Source of the DNA: Histomonas meleagridis 2922-C6/04-290x
Lineage: Eukaryota; Protista; Parabasalia
Direction of reading: 5' to 3'
NCBI GenBank assembly: GCA_020184695.1
Contig: JAANOX010000101.1
Coordinates: forward strand, 62,001-126,000
DNA: 64,000 bases
Every line of letters begins with the position of its first letter. Position 1 is the stretch's first letter. Positions 48,921-61,142 of this stretch are shown piece by piece. The notes under the pieces were generated by a model. The model was not told the origin of the DNA. It ran no database searches and worked only from the letters and a program-made list of their open reading frames with translations. The translations under genes were made by a program, and so were the position numbers.

Positions 48921-49590
48921 GAGAAACAATTTTACAGTATAATAAGTTTTGTTCACTAAAATGGTTTTCATCTTACTTTGGTGGATATTACGAATTTGTT
49001 TCCTACGATTTGTTTGAGAAACAAATTTACAGTATAATAAGTTTTGTTCACTAAAATGGTTATCATTTGTGCTTTAGCGGATATTACAATTTGTTTCCTA
49101 CGATTTGTTTGAGAAACAAATTTACAGTATAATAAGTTTTGTTCACTAAAATGGTTATCATTTTACTTTGGTGGATATTACAATTTGTTTCCTACGATTT
49201 GTTTGAGAAACAAATTTACAGTATAATAAGTTTTGTTCACTAAAATGGTTATCATTTGTGCTTTAGCGGATATTACAATTTGTTTCCTACGATTTGTTTG
49301 AGAAACAAATTTACAGTATAATAAGTTTTGTTCACTAAAATGGTTATCATTTTACTTTGGTGGATATTACAATTTGTTTCCTACGATTTGTTTGAGAAAC
49401 AAATTTACAGTATAATAAGTTTTGTTCACTAAAATGGTTATCATTTTACTTTGGTGGATATTACAATTTGTTTCCTACGATTTGTTTGAGAAACAAATTT
49501 ACAGTATAATAAGTTTTGTTCACTAAAATGGTTATCATTTTACTTTGGTGGATATTACAATTTGTTTCCTACGATTTGTTTGAGAAACAA
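48921..49590. repeat. Non-coding minisatellite, 7 units of 94/95 bp
   Basis: GAGAAAC anchors at 48921, 49016, 49111, 49205, 49300, 49394, 49488 and 49582. Confidence 0.95.
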
Positions 49591-49942
49591 TTTTTTCCAT
49601 ATAATTCAAAGATAAGCAGATGATCATGTTTTTTCATTTTTGTTCTGATTAGTATCTTTGTTTCTTTTTTAGCTGAACACGTATTTATAGAAAAAAATTT
49701 TTATTTTGAGTTATAGGAACATGGTTTTGAATTGTAATCCTTAATAAATCATGTTATACATACACTTTAAAGTGTTAATGAATTGAATTTTAGTTATGAA
49801 AAATTTACACATCGGAAAATAAATCAGAACAAAACATTTAGAGGAATATGAAAAGTGTAAACTTTTCATAATGAAAATTGAGACGCTTCGTGCGGTTTGG
49901 CGGTTTTCACTTTGTCCGTTTACAATATTTCATCATTTTAAG

Positions 49943-50467
49943 ATGAAGAGAACTGGTACAGGATCCCCAAATACATACGTAAAGTCATCTCGCCGTACAG
50001 GAAGACAACCACGTTTTGAACTTACAGAGGATCAAATGATTGAAATTAGAGAAGCTTTTGATATTTTTGATTCCGATAAAAGTGGAACAATAGATCGTCA
50101 TGAACTTCGTGTTGCAATGAGGGCTATGGGTTTTGATGTCTCAAAAAATGAAATTCTTGAAATTATGGAAGCAAAAGATCCTGATAATACCGGAACAATC
50201 AACTTTGCAGCTTTCCAAGACGTTGTTGGAGAGAAGATGGCACAAAGAGACCCAATAGAAGAAATTCGCAAGGCATTTGCTCTTTTCGATGACGACCACA
50301 CTGGAAAAATAAGCTTGAAAAATCTCCGTCGTGTTGCTAGAGAACTTGGAGAGTCAATGACAGATGACGAACTTCAAGCTATGATTGACGAATTTGATAC
50401 AGATCATGATGGCCAAATCAGCGAAGCAGAATTTATAGCAATTATGGATCCATCACAGTCATTTTAA
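49943..50467 (+). CDS. Centrin (EF-hand)
   Basis: [26 protein letters not shown]...[15 protein letters not shown]. Inr-like TCATTTT precedes ATG 49943, which is preferred to the tool's 49871 start. Confidence 0.95.
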   Translation: MKRTGTGSPNTYVKSSRRTGRQPRFELTEDQMIEIREAFDIFDSDKSGTIDRHELRVAMRAMGFDVSKNEILEIMEAKDPDNTGTINFAAFQDVVGEKMAQRDPIEEIRKAFALFDDDHTGKISLKNLRRVARELGESMTDDELQAMIDEFDTDHDGQISEAEFIAIMDPSQSF

Positions 50468-50988
50468 TCCATCAATAAAGCCGAATTTTATTTTTCATTT
50501 AATTTAGTTTTTAATTCGATTAATCGAAATTATTATGTCAATTAAAGTTTCCATTAAAATTTAAGAAATAATGTGCTTGTCCATTGTATATCTTTAAGTT
50601 TAAAAAATTTAAGGATTTAATATAATGTTTACACAAATTTTCTGGATATCAATATATCTTTTTTATCCATAAATTTTGATCTTCAAGAAAAAACTTCACT
50701 GTCATTAAGTTTTTCCTTATTTAATGCACTATTTAAAAAATCTGATTTTTTTTAAAATTAATTGAATCACTTTTCCTTCAAATCAAAGATGCAAATTTAT
50801 ATAATAAAACAATAAAAGATAAATGAAAATATCAAATATTGAACTTTTTACTAATTTTTATGAAATCAGATTTATCTGTTCATCAATTTCGAATTCATTT
50901 CAAATGTTGAAAATAATTTATTGTTTTACTGAAGATTTATTTACCCCTATTGAGATACGTTGCATTGATAAGGTTGGAATAACAAAGG

Positions 50989-51465
50989 TTACACAAAGCC
51001 TTCTTCGACTAATTTTGTTTCATTTTCTGTAATGATATGTTTTTGGCCAGATCCTTCTATAACACGAGACCAACTGCTAGTGTGCAATTCATAATGTCCT
51101 CCATTTTTAACAAGTTTATATGAGAATCCTCCATACATTCCTGGTACTGCAAAAAATTCTTCCATTTCATGCGTTGCCAATTCGGGTGTTATCTTTGGCA
51201 TTTCGAGCTTAGAAAAGTCAACATCTTTGTTGAATCTATTACGATATTTTATTAAATCATGAAACCTTTTTTCAATTGCTACAAGTTCTTTTCCTGTTGC
51301 TTCATTTTTATGTGACCTGAATTTATACCTTAGTTTGTCGTTAATGTTCTCGTATTTATTATTTATTGAGATAATTAGAAAGAGAAGCATGCTCTTTAGA
51401 TGTATATTGGTTCGGTTTTCAGAAACAAATTGAAAGAGGAAAATTTTGTTAGAAGTATAAACCAT
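50989..51465 (-). CDS. Small hypothetical, probably secreted protein with bacterial-looking C-terminal domain
   Basis: MLLFLIIS signal-like segment; VPGMYGGFSY...SWSRVIEGSGQKH...EEGFV. Confidence 0.7.
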   Translation of the reverse strand: MVYTSNKIFLFQFVSENRTNIHLKSMLLFLIISINNKYENINDKLRYKFRSHKNEATGKELVAIEKRFHDLIKYRNRFNKDVDFSKLEMPKITPELATHEMEEFFAVPGMYGGFSYKLVKNGGHYELHTSSWSRVIEGSGQKHIITENETKLVEEGFV

Positions 51466-51554
51466 TCAATTTTTTTCGGAAAAAAATCCATAATCGATCA
51501 ATTATGCAAAAAGAAAGAACTTTATATAATGATGATAAAATTTTGAGTTAGGAT

Positions 51555-52583
51555 ATGTGTCCTGACACAAAAATTAAAACTGACATTCCGCCAGATAATT
51601 TTGAAAATCTTAATATCTCAGAAGATAATCCAGAAAAAGAAAAATCAATTAAACCATATACTATCACAGCAATTATGTGTGGATCATTAATGGTTTTTTT
51701 CACAATTGTTTTCTTCTGTTCATTTTTTGTTCCACTTTCTCAGTAAAACAAAACTAAGAAAGAAAACCCAAATTTTGATTTTTTAACAGTTCCATCCAAT
51801 GTAATACTTGTTCATTGGCTTTTCGAATGTTTTATCATTTTGTTACTCTTCTCTATTCATCTTATGATATATTGTCATTCTACAAACCTTAATTATGCGT
51901 TTGGAGCAATTGCTATTTTTATCTTTGGAAGCGGCGTACTTTCTCTATATTTTGTTAATCCATTTTTAATAAAAAAGACAGAAGCCGTCAACACTGCATG
52001 GAATAACTTAATTAATCCCACTGAATATGAACAAATCATAAATTATGTGACATGTGATGTTCCATATATTTCATTTTCTGCTACTGGATCATATTCGATC
52101 TCAGAGTATGAATCAGCTTCTTGTGAATCAAAAGAGATAAAATTTAACATAACAAACTATTCATCAAATTATGATATAGCCGAATATACAAAAGATTCGT
52201 ATTTCCAATTTAATTTTCTTAGTGATGAAACACCAGAACAAAAGGAATTTATTACAAAATTCGCTGATTTATATAGTGTATCATTACCACAAACTTCTTC
52301 GAAGAATGGAAAAACAATTCTATGGAATCTCGCTTATGGAGTTAAAATTGACTCTATAACAACAAGTAAATACTTCGTTACGAAAGATGGAAAATTGGAA
52401 GGCCAATACTCTCCAACAATAGGTAAAACTATGATGGCGTTTTGGTCTGGAATTGGATATGTTTACCGATTGGCTTCGATGCCAGTTCGTTATTCAACCA
52501 TCGCAATCACTAATATAACATTTGAAATTCCATCTGAAACAGATGAGTTTTGGGGTGAAGTACATAATGTGAAATGTATGTGA
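51555..52583 (+). pseudogene. Multi-pass membrane protein with one in-frame TAA (51744..51746)
   Basis: ORF 51555..51746 and ORF 51840..52583 share a frame, and the 93 nt between them are open. Confidence 0.55.
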
Positions 52584-52969
52584 TAATTAATGAGATATTG
52601 TGTAAAGATAACATCGAAGTTTTTATGTTTTCTTAAATTTAAAAATTTAATTAGTTGAGAATAGAATTAGTTGGGAATATTTTTTACTCATTTAATTGTT
52701 TGACTCTTAAGTCATATTTATTCATTTCTTTCATTATCTGTGGTTTTCAATTGGAGGACAATCATCAAAGAATTCTCCTTTCGTTATGTTTAATTCACCA
52801 AATGTTAAGCCTTCATACGAATTTAATGTCATAACAGTCGTTGTATTAATAAACAAAAAGGCATTTTGTTGAATTGATGGTTCTTTATCACCATAGTAAT
52901 AGATACATTTCAATGAAGTGCATTATTTAAATGCAGCAAATTGAATTTCTTGAATACCACTTCCAATTA

Positions 52970-54246
52970 CAGGAAGGTGAAAAAGTACCCAACCCACCCC
53001 TCAAAAATGCTCAAATCTTAATATTAATTAATTTAGTTAATGTTTTTAATTAATGTATTCACCATTGTTTCTGATGACATCTTCCAATCGGTTAATCCAT
53101 TCATGAAACACATTTTGAAGGTCTTCGAAAGTAAGATTGTCCCATATTTCTTTGATGGCACTTTTTAACTCTTTTTCATCGTGAAATGATTTACCTGCGA
53201 ACTTGTTTTTCGAGTATCCGAAAAACCAGAAGTCACTTGGTGCAATATCGGGGGAATATGGCGGATGGGGTGCTCTTATTAGTCCGCTTTTTTTTATACG
53301 ATCAGTGGTCACTTTTGAATTATGAATGCGACAGTTGTCCATATGAATAAACATTCCCTTAACTTTATTCTTTCTAGTACCAATTCGTCCATTTTTGACG
53401 ATGCTGGATAAAATGCATCCACAAAAATGTGTTGAATTAAATTTTAAACCTGGATCTAAAATCTTAACTGTTACAAGGCCAACACCAGTAAAGAATATTG
53501 TAACCGTTTTTTTGTATTGATACTCTGTCTCAACCTTGGTGTAACAGAATCTGGATTTGGTGCCCATTGAAAGGCATGATCATAATGCATATTAAACCAA
53601 CTTTCATCACCAGTAATAATATTGGCAAAATTGTTTGGTTCATCTGCCTTATATATCTTTAACAGTTCTTCTGATTCTTGGACCCTTTTTGATTTTTGTT
53701 CATTAGTTAGTAAATGATAAATTCACTTTTTTGAATATTTTTTATAATTCATTTCTTATAAGTTTCTCTTAACTACAAATTTATCAACGTGGAAAGCTTT
53801 TGCCATTACCTTGGTTGATGCATAAGGTTCATCATTGAGAAAATTTAAAATTAATTCCTTAATATCGATTTTTGGCCTTCCACTCCTTGGGATATCTTCG
53901 CCTGTGGTTCTACCCTCCTTCCAGCTTTTAATCCAATATTTTATTTGGATTTCAGAGTATGCTCCCTACTTATAAGTTTCTTCTAATTGCTTTTTGATTT
54001 TCCTGCAACCTTTACCTTGTAGCATTAAAAAATGAATGACATACCTTTGCTCAATAGACATAATACCAAATTTTAAACGTTCGAAAATTCAAACGTATAT
54101 AACTTTTTACTGAATTTATATTTTTTAAAAATTTTTATATACTTAAATACACAAGAGTTTATACTTATATATAAATACCATTTTATGTTTTAATTCATTC
54201 TAAATAAAGAATTACAGGGGTGGGTCGGGTACTTTTTCACCCCCTG
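52970..54246 (-). mobile_element. Tc1/mariner (D,D34D) transposon, 1277 bp, decayed
   Basis: ~31-bp TIRs CAGG..GGTGAAAAAGTACCC(A/G)ACCCACCCCT and TA TSDs at 52968..52969 and 54247..54248. Confidence 0.92.
53046..54061 (-). pseudogene. Mariner transposase with stops and frameshift
   Basis: RSGRP, ITGDESW, HMDN...34 aa...HPPYSPDIAPSDF. Confidence 0.9.
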
Positions 54247-54467
54247 TACAATCTTGACCAAATTTTCACATGATTGGAATGCACAATATTCGATAATTTT
54301 TACACTATCAGGAAATACCATTTCTTGTAATTGTTTACATCCTTCGAAAGAAGATATTTTAAATTCAATTCAATTATTATTAGTATAAACATATTTAATA
54401 TGTATACAATCACGAAATGCATTTTTGTCAATTATTTTAATAAAAATCATAAAATGTTTATTACTTA

Positions 54468-55220
54468 TCAACCACCTCCGACTACTGCCGATTGGTAAGT
54501 TGGAATCATATATTTAATATTAATATATGCATCTGGTCCACCGGTTTTTTCCATTTCTTCCAATGTTTCCGTAATCAAATCAGACAAATTTGTCTTTTTG
54601 CGTTGTCCATATTCAATTCTGTCGCCCAAATTCACGTTCTTAAGAATGAACTCATTAAAAACAGGTAAAATTTGTCGATAATATGGAACAAGCGCTTCGC
54701 TAACGAGCGGGTCCGCCTTAACGAGGGACTGTATGACAAACATAATACGACAAAGAATTTCTGGATCTCGTGTGTTAAGACATTTCTTTAATGGGATGAT
54801 GAGTTGTGGAACAACTGGAAGAATTTTGGACGGACCTTGATTAATAAGATCAAGAGATCCATAGTATGCAAAAAACCAATAAGGCTCCTCAGTTTCACGA
54901 AGCCCATCAAAGAAAACTGGTAAATAATGATGATAATCAAGAAGATCAGGTGATACTTTCCAATGAATGGGACCTTGCTCTTCACCATAGTTACGTGAAA
55001 TAGGAAGATCTCCACGATCATAAAAACGTCGGAATTGTGTGATCTCATGATGAGCGACTGGTTTTCTAGCTTGTCCAAGTCCGCGAGAAACAACCTTTGG
55101 AGCTGGTTTTTTAATTGTGCGTGTTACACGAGTTGCTGGTTTGTCATCTGTTTTACCAAGTCTTGGGCGAGTAACTTTCATTTTTATAACGTACTTATGC
55201 TTACATTGACCAAATAACAA
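54468..55220 (-). CDS. PACRG: Parkin coregulated gene protein (axonemal)
   Basis: FRRFYDRGDLPI, LDYHHYLPVFFDGLRE, LVPYYRQILPVFN, GPDAYINIKYMIPTY. Confidence 0.95.
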   Translation of the reverse strand: MLFGQCKHKYVIKMKVTRPRLGKTDDKPATRVTRTIKKPAPKVVSRGLGQARKPVAHHEITQFRRFYDRGDLPISRNYGEEQGPIHWKVSPDLLDYHHYLPVFFDGLRETEEPYWFFAYYGSLDLINQGPSKILPVVPQLIIPLKKCLNTRDPEILCRIMFVIQSLVKADPLVSEALVPYYRQILPVFNEFILKNVNLGDRIEYGQRKKTNLSDLITETLEEMEKTGGPDAYINIKYMIPTYQSAVVGGG

Positions 55221-55694
55221 TTCAATTAATCTTTTTTAAAATTAAAATATCTTCATATTTACTTAGTTTTTTCAAATTTTATATAACATTTCATTTATGT
55301 TTTTATTACTATTATAATAATTGATAATCATGCGTGCAAAATAGCTAAAAAAATTGTTTATTGAATTGAACTATATAATGCAACTCAAATTAAAGAATAA
55401 AATATTTATCTACCTGAATGAACATGAAATCACAGATTACATTTTGGCATTACTTTAATGCAAATTAGCATGTTGTTAAATGAAGAAGAAGATAAATTTT
55501 TATGTTTGCACATGCTCATCGATTATCTCTAAAAATATCAAAAAGTAAAATATTTTATAAAAACAAAATTAGAAATTTATATTTTTATTGAACAATAAGT
55601 GATTCTGATTTGCGTTTTGATAAAATCATTTACATATTTCTTGAAAATATATTTTTTTGTTTATTCAATATAAATGCACAAAAACATAAAACTT

Positions 55695-57638
55695 TTATGA
55701 GTTAAAGTAAAACTTAAGTATATTACTTTTCGAATATTTGTTGTTACATATCGGACATTGGTCATTATTCTTGGCGCATTGCTCGCAGAACGCATGTCTA
55801 CATTTCTTCTTATTTATTATTACGTCTGCAATTCTTTCGTTACATTGCGAACATATTAACTGCTTCTTAAATTCCTCCATTTCATATTTTCTTTCTTTCA
55901 TTTGTGTTGACGATTTCATATATTTCCGATATATTTCATTCATTTGTAACTGTTTAAATAGTTCTTCTTTTTGTTCTTCTAATTCTTCGTTTAAGTTAAT
56001 TTCTTCAATAATTAAATCATGTTTTTGTTGTTGAAGTTCATTATATTCTTTCTCTAACATTTCGATTTCTTCATCATTCGAAATTTGTCGCTCTAATTCA
56101 TTTATCGCTTGTTTGATATTTTGTTCTTGTTCATTGATCCAAGATAATTGGTCGTTAACGGTCTTCATTCGGGCAGTCCAATTTGTCACTTTTTGGAAGT
56201 TGATGCTCATTTTGTACTCGTTCAAGAGAGTGTTAAACTTCTTGTGGGTATCAAGCTCTTTCCGGTAAAGTCTGTTGGTTTCATCTGTACGAAGTTCACT
56301 GTAATAAAGTCGATAAAGACCATTTTGTCCTAATGCACATTTTCGTCGGCTTTCAACGCAATCTTCTGTAAGCTTTACTACTTCTTCTCGAAGAGATTGA
56401 AGCTCTTCAAAAAGATCAGGAAGTGCTTCAATACCATGGTTATTTGTTTCTTGACTTCGAGCTTTAATGCTTTCTAGCTTTTGTGGGATTTGTTCATTGA
56501 TTATCTCTTCAAGAGACTTAATCTCGTTGAGGTAGTTGACTATTTCTGCGCTTTTTTTCTCTGGTAATAAAAGATCGACAAATGGTAATGTTTGGGCAGT
56601 AAGTTCTTTGAACGTTTTAAATCTCCTTTCAGTGCTTGCCTTGATTGATGCTTGTGAAGTTTTGATCTTTTCTAAGGTATTATTACAAGTTTCTTGAAGA
56701 GTATTAAAATCAGATGATTTTTTATCAAGTGAATCTATGCATTGTTGGATTTGGTCTTCATACGCATGTGAAAGAAGAATAGTTTTCCTGAGGAAAGTAG
56801 AATTCCCAAGAAGAGACTTGAAATAAGGGGATTCGTTGTAAACCGACGGTTTGAGTGTTGGAGCATTTGGCGAAGCGGTTTTCCTCTGAATTTCGGTGAT
56901 TTCCTTTTTTAAACGTTCAATTGTTCCAATCCTGAATAACAGCTTCCCAAACATACTGCGATTTAGAGCTGTTGGCTCATCAATGTCTCTTGTTGTGATT
57001 TTAAGATAGTCAGAAGCCCAATTTTGAAAATCAGAAGAGATGGGATATAGTGTACTTAAAGAGGAAGATGGAAATGGATGAGGTATCGAAACAGTTTGGG
57101 GTTGGGGCAAGCTTGGGGCCTTAAAAGGTTCCATTTTTTGTTCAATTTTATCACAGAGTTCTTTAAATTTTTGCGTATTAGGTGGTTCAACAGGACGACC
57201 AATTTCCCGCTCTATTTGATGTATCAAATTATGTATAGTTTGGTGGACATTGTAAATGTGGTCACCAGCATTTTTAATGTTATCAATTGTTGGATTTTGA
57301 AAATTAAATTTAGGAATACAGCAGTCTTCAATAAACTGCCGAATTACGCGCGCATGGGAACCGCCCAAATCGTAATAAAACATGAAAAGATCAAATGCAA
57401 ATAATTCTGTTGAAAACATTAAAGAAAAAAATTCAGAAAAAAGGTTCTTTCCGTGTTCCCTTTGGTTTCTGATTTTTTCATTTAGGCATTCAACACGATT
57501 TTGATAATTTAAAAATTGGGCTTCCCAATTGATTGGAGACTGATTTTTGGACAAAGGCCTTTCATTTCCAGTCCCTTGGGAAATAGGAAGGTCATCGTAT
57601 GGCAGTCCATTTTGATTTGGAGTACCGGATGATTCCAT
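55695..57638 (-). CDS. Coiled-coil plus C-terminal RING E3 ligase (BRE1-like layout)
   Basis: CSQC...CRHAFCEQC...CPIC C3HC4 RING after a long coiled coil. Confidence 0.75.
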   Translation of the reverse strand: MESSGTPNQNGLPYDDLPISQGTGNERPLSKNQSPINWEAQFLNYQNRVECLNEKIRNQREHGKNLFSEFFSLMFSTELFAFDLFMFYYDLGGSHARVIRQFIEDCCIPKFNFQNPTIDNIKNAGDHIYNVHQTIHNLIHQIEREIGRPVEPPNTQKFKELCDKIEQKMEPFKAPSLPQPQTVSIPHPFPSSSLSTLYPISSDFQNWASDYLKITTRDIDEPTALNRSMFGKLLFRIGTIERLKKEITEIQRKTASPNAPTLKPSVYNESPYFKSLLGNSTFLRKTILLSHAYEDQIQQCIDSLDKKSSDFNTLQETCNNTLEKIKTSQASIKASTERRFKTFKELTAQTLPFVDLLLPEKKSAEIVNYLNEIKSLEEIINEQIPQKLESIKARSQETNNHGIEALPDLFEELQSLREEVVKLTEDCVESRRKCALGQNGLYRLYYSELRTDETNRLYRKELDTHKKFNTLLNEYKMSINFQKVTNWTARMKTVNDQLSWINEQEQNIKQAINELERQISNDEEIEMLEKEYNELQQQKHDLIIEEINLNEELEEQKEELFKQLQMNEIYRKYMKSSTQMKERKYEMEEFKKQLICSQCNERIADVIINKKKCRHAFCEQCAKNNDQCPICNNKYSKSNILKFYFNS

Positions 57639-58254
57639 TCAGGCACAAATGTCACTTTTCGGTTACATGTGACCAATAAACCGATTAAACCGTCCTAACA
57701 TGGTCGGGGATTTGTTGTGGGTATTTCATTGGTTAAACATGTTTTGGAATAGTCTTTCCTTGTTTTTTCTTTCTGTGAATAAGTTTCTTTAAGTAAAAAA
57801 AATCAATTTTTTTTTCATCCTTATTTATGATGAAACAATTTGTTAATGTATCCCAAATTTGGTTAGTATTAACCTTGGTAATCATTAAAAAAAAATACCA
57901 TGATTTTGTAAACCAGTTTTAATTCCATGTCGAAATTTTGCAACACATTGTTTTGAATATTACCATTAACTACACAGAAGGGTGATCCTTTCTTTCGAAT
58001 TTTAAATGTTGAGGTTATTGTTGTTAATTTATTAATTTGCAAATCATCTTCATCTGAAGTTTCTTCACACAAAATTTAACGCCATAACGTTCTCCAACGA
58101 TGAAAATTTTTGCATACCAAAACGATATTTCCGATACGACTTTTTGTGAACATTTGAATCGAATTCATTTCCACGAATAAAATAAAATCATAAAAAAAAG
58201 CATAAACACAAACAAATTCAAACCCAAGAAACATAACACAAATTCAATAGTTTA

Positions 58255-60468
58255 TTATTCATCAAATGATTGGAGCATATCTTCCATCCATGCATTGAAT
58301 TGGAAGTAATGTTCTAAAGGTCGTAACTCTTCGTCACTAAACCATTCTGGCTTCATTTGCTGCAAGTTCTGCAAGAAGTGCGCCAACCATTTCCCGAACA
58401 TTAACGGCGACGGTATCGGCGTAAGGATGAACAAGTTTGCCAACAATGGCATTAATTGATTTGCTTCAGGTTGTGTTCCATATTCGAACACGAACAAATC
58501 TTCGACCGCGCAAAGACTTAAAACGATTTGTCGCACGCTTTCGATTGGGTTTTCATATAAACATGCTCTAAGTATTGGTGTTTGTGCAGGGTTAAACATC
58601 GATTTGTTTTGAACAATCTTCGCAACACTTGGATCTAATTCATTTCCTTCAAGTTTCTGTAGTAAATTCGCCTTTTGATTGAGGAACTTTTGGTCGAGAA
58701 TTATTTGGTTTTTATGAACTTGCGCAAAAAGAGGTAATGGAAATGATTGCATTATTAATGAATGGAATCGGCGCGCAACCATTGGCAAAAGAGATGTTAA
58801 CCATTGGTTCTTGGAATAATATGATTCAAGTTTGGAGATAACATATTTGGAAAAGACAGTCGAGTCTTCCATCATTAATGTGACCTTCTTTTCAAGTTTT
58901 CGTTCGATTTCATTATATATTGTGGTGGAAATCCGATCTGCAAATATGTAATTAGTCGTACTGATAGCTTTCTGCGTGAGCTCAATACTTCGTTCAATTT
59001 GGATAAAACAGCATTGAACATCAATGATTTCTTGAAGTTTCGTTTCATTCATATCAATGATCGTTTGAAGTATTTCATCAAAATTGGGTCGAGTTTTGTT
59101 AATCCATCGCTGAAGAGCATATAAACGAGGTGATAATGTTGATTGCGTTTCATAATGTTTTTGTGATACAATATCTATCACATGTTGTGCCATAATTTGA
59201 TGGCTATCGTCAGTGAAGTGAAGTGAGTCATCAAATGTTATATAAACTATTGAATTGCTTTGAATTTCTTCAGACGATAGAGCATTCAAAAGTTTGGAGA
59301 GTTTTGTTTGGTCTTTTTCAAGTTTGATTAAGAGTTCGATTGCTGAATAAGGTGCTGCAATACATGAAACATGTTTTTCATTTATTGGTGGCTTAATAGT
59401 TGGTTGTAAGATAGTTTTGCAAAGATTGAATATTTCATCTTTTTCTAATAATTCAGATTCTTTAACTGGCTTTAATGGATTTGCTCCGTCTGGGATTGGA
59501 AGGTTAAAGTTAACAGCGCAAAAATATTTAATTGCTGTCATTTTTTCTCTAGTTTCAGGTGTATAAGAATTTGTAGGAGGAATAACAGAAAAAGCTGTTG
59601 GATATGTTGTTAATGGAATTATGATACAATAAAGAAGAATGGTGAGAATGACCTTATATTTGAGATTTAATTCCGGGTTTTCATCACTCGGAAATTTCTG
59701 AGTGAGACGTTTAAAAAGTGACAGAATGAAATGAGGTCCACTTGAAAGTGTTGGCTCAAGTTCGTGAAGAATATGTGAGATAAAGCGTTGGATTCTGAGG
59801 TAAAACTGACTTTCACTAGTTTTTTTAGATCTGAAGAAATCAAAAAATGCTGTGAATTGTTCTCCAATATATGGCCTGACTAATGGAGAAAAGAAAAATT
59901 GCCGAAGAACCCAGCATAAAAATGAATTGTTGAACTTAAGAAGAAAATCATCTGTTTCTTTTTTGTCATCTGCATAAACATCAAACGTTTGACCAACAGC
60001 TTCAATGAAATCTTCAATGTTCTTTTGCCCTTCAAAATGGCCAAAAATCGAAGGAATGATAAAAGTTGAAACATAAAGAAAAATTGTCGATTTTCCTGAA
60101 TAAAAGTTCATTGTATGAAAATTTTTCACTGTTTCTTCTTGGCTGAAAATTTTGATGATATTAATTCTATCTTGGTAGATTTGTTTTAAATATTGTATTA
60201 AATCAGTATTTTTGATTGATTCAAACTTTTCTTTTTCGCTTTGAAAGCTCATGAAATCTTTAATAAACTGGATGTTGCGACTTTGTTCGCTGATCAACCA
60301 TGGACTGCGAAGTTCATGTTGAACTGAAAAATATAGAAATTTCCGTAATAAATCGAAGTATTTTTTGTTAAATAATTCTTGTTGTTCGCTAAATGCTTTA
60401 TACTCAATACATTTAGGCCATAAACATTTGTACTGTTCAGGAGGTAAATTTAGGGGATTGTTGCACAT
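58255..60468 (-). CDS. RasGAP-like plus VPS9-like protein (GAPVD1-like layout)
   Basis: Central YCIIIPLTTYPTAF RasGAP-like segment; C-terminal PEANQLMPLLANLF VPS9-like motif lacking the catalytic Asp. Confidence 0.5.
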   Translation of the reverse strand: MCNNPLNLPPEQYKCLWPKCIEYKAFSEQQELFNKKYFDLLRKFLYFSVQHELRSPWLISEQSRNIQFIKDFMSFQSEKEKFESIKNTDLIQYLKQIYQDRINIIKIFSQEETVKNFHTMNFYSGKSTIFLYVSTFIIPSIFGHFEGQKNIEDFIEAVGQTFDVYADDKKETDDFLLKFNNSFLCWVLRQFFFSPLVRPYIGEQFTAFFDFFRSKKTSESQFYLRIQRFISHILHELEPTLSSGPHFILSLFKRLTQKFPSDENPELNLKYKVILTILLYCIIIPLTTYPTAFSVIPPTNSYTPETREKMTAIKYFCAVNFNLPIPDGANPLKPVKESELLEKDEIFNLCKTILQPTIKPPINEKHVSCIAAPYSAIELLIKLEKDQTKLSKLLNALSSEEIQSNSIVYITFDDSLHFTDDSHQIMAQHVIDIVSQKHYETQSTLSPRLYALQRWINKTRPNFDEILQTIIDMNETKLQEIIDVQCCFIQIERSIELTQKAISTTNYIFADRISTTIYNEIERKLEKKVTLMMEDSTVFSKYVISKLESYYSKNQWLTSLLPMVARRFHSLIMQSFPLPLFAQVHKNQIILDQKFLNQKANLLQKLEGNELDPSVAKIVQNKSMFNPAQTPILRACLYENPIESVRQIVLSLCAVEDLFVFEYGTQPEANQLMPLLANLFILTPIPSPLMFGKWLAHFLQNLQQMKPEWFSDEELRPLEHYFQFNAWMEDMLQSFDE

Positions 60469-61142
60469 TAACCTTCAACGGTTCTCTATTCGACCATTTT
60501 ACAACACAAAAAATGAAGCCGTTAAATGTATGCAGAAAAGTAATTTTTTTTGGAACCTTGTAAAACAGGAAGGAATACCATTAAACAAATTAAAACTGAA
60601 CCAGGAAAAGAGAGAGATCCACCAACATTTGTTAGATTTTATTTGTAATAAAATTAATAGAAAAGAATATTTTCAATATTAATAACAATTAACAGACCAA
60701 ATGCCACAAAATTAACAAATGAGTTTTACGGAAAAAACATTATTGCAGTAAATTAATTTCTATGTTTGATTATGTTTAAGGTGTAATAATCCAAATATTT
60801 TTATCTGATCTGTCTTATCTTGAACGTACATTTTTGGTGACCGTTTAAAAACAAGCATCAAATATGTTGAATAAGGTTTTTTCGCTTTTGATAAAGAGAT
60901 TTACTTTTATTAATATTGTTTAAATATTTTTCTAAATTTTTTTCTTTATTCTCTATTTAATTTTAGAAGTAATTATCTTAAAGAGAAAAAGTAATTTTAA
61001 ATTTTATTCATCAAATCTTGTATCAAGAAATCCACAATGATTGAATTAAAATAATTTTAATATCTTATTTTTTCCTTTGTTTATTCTAGAATTAGATAAA
61101 TTTGTTTTTAATTCTATTAGCGACCGTTTAGAGTATGTTTGT

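Larger units (their letters stand above)
52735..54400 (-). pseudogene. BspA-like LRR gene fragment split by the mariner
   Basis: Flanks join as FPDSVKIIEYCAFQSCENLVKIV|IGSGIQEIQFAAFK*CTSLKCIYYYGDKEP. Confidence 0.75.

Noticed and set aside
48921-49590. CRISPR array
   Set aside because: Units are full-length near-identical copies with no unique spacers.
51744-51746. Stop-codon reassignment (in-frame TAA/TAG in several ORFs)
   Set aside because: Conserved genes (PAP, PACRG, centrin, FKBP) have no internal stops and end in TAA/TGA; internal stops are limited to decayed loci.
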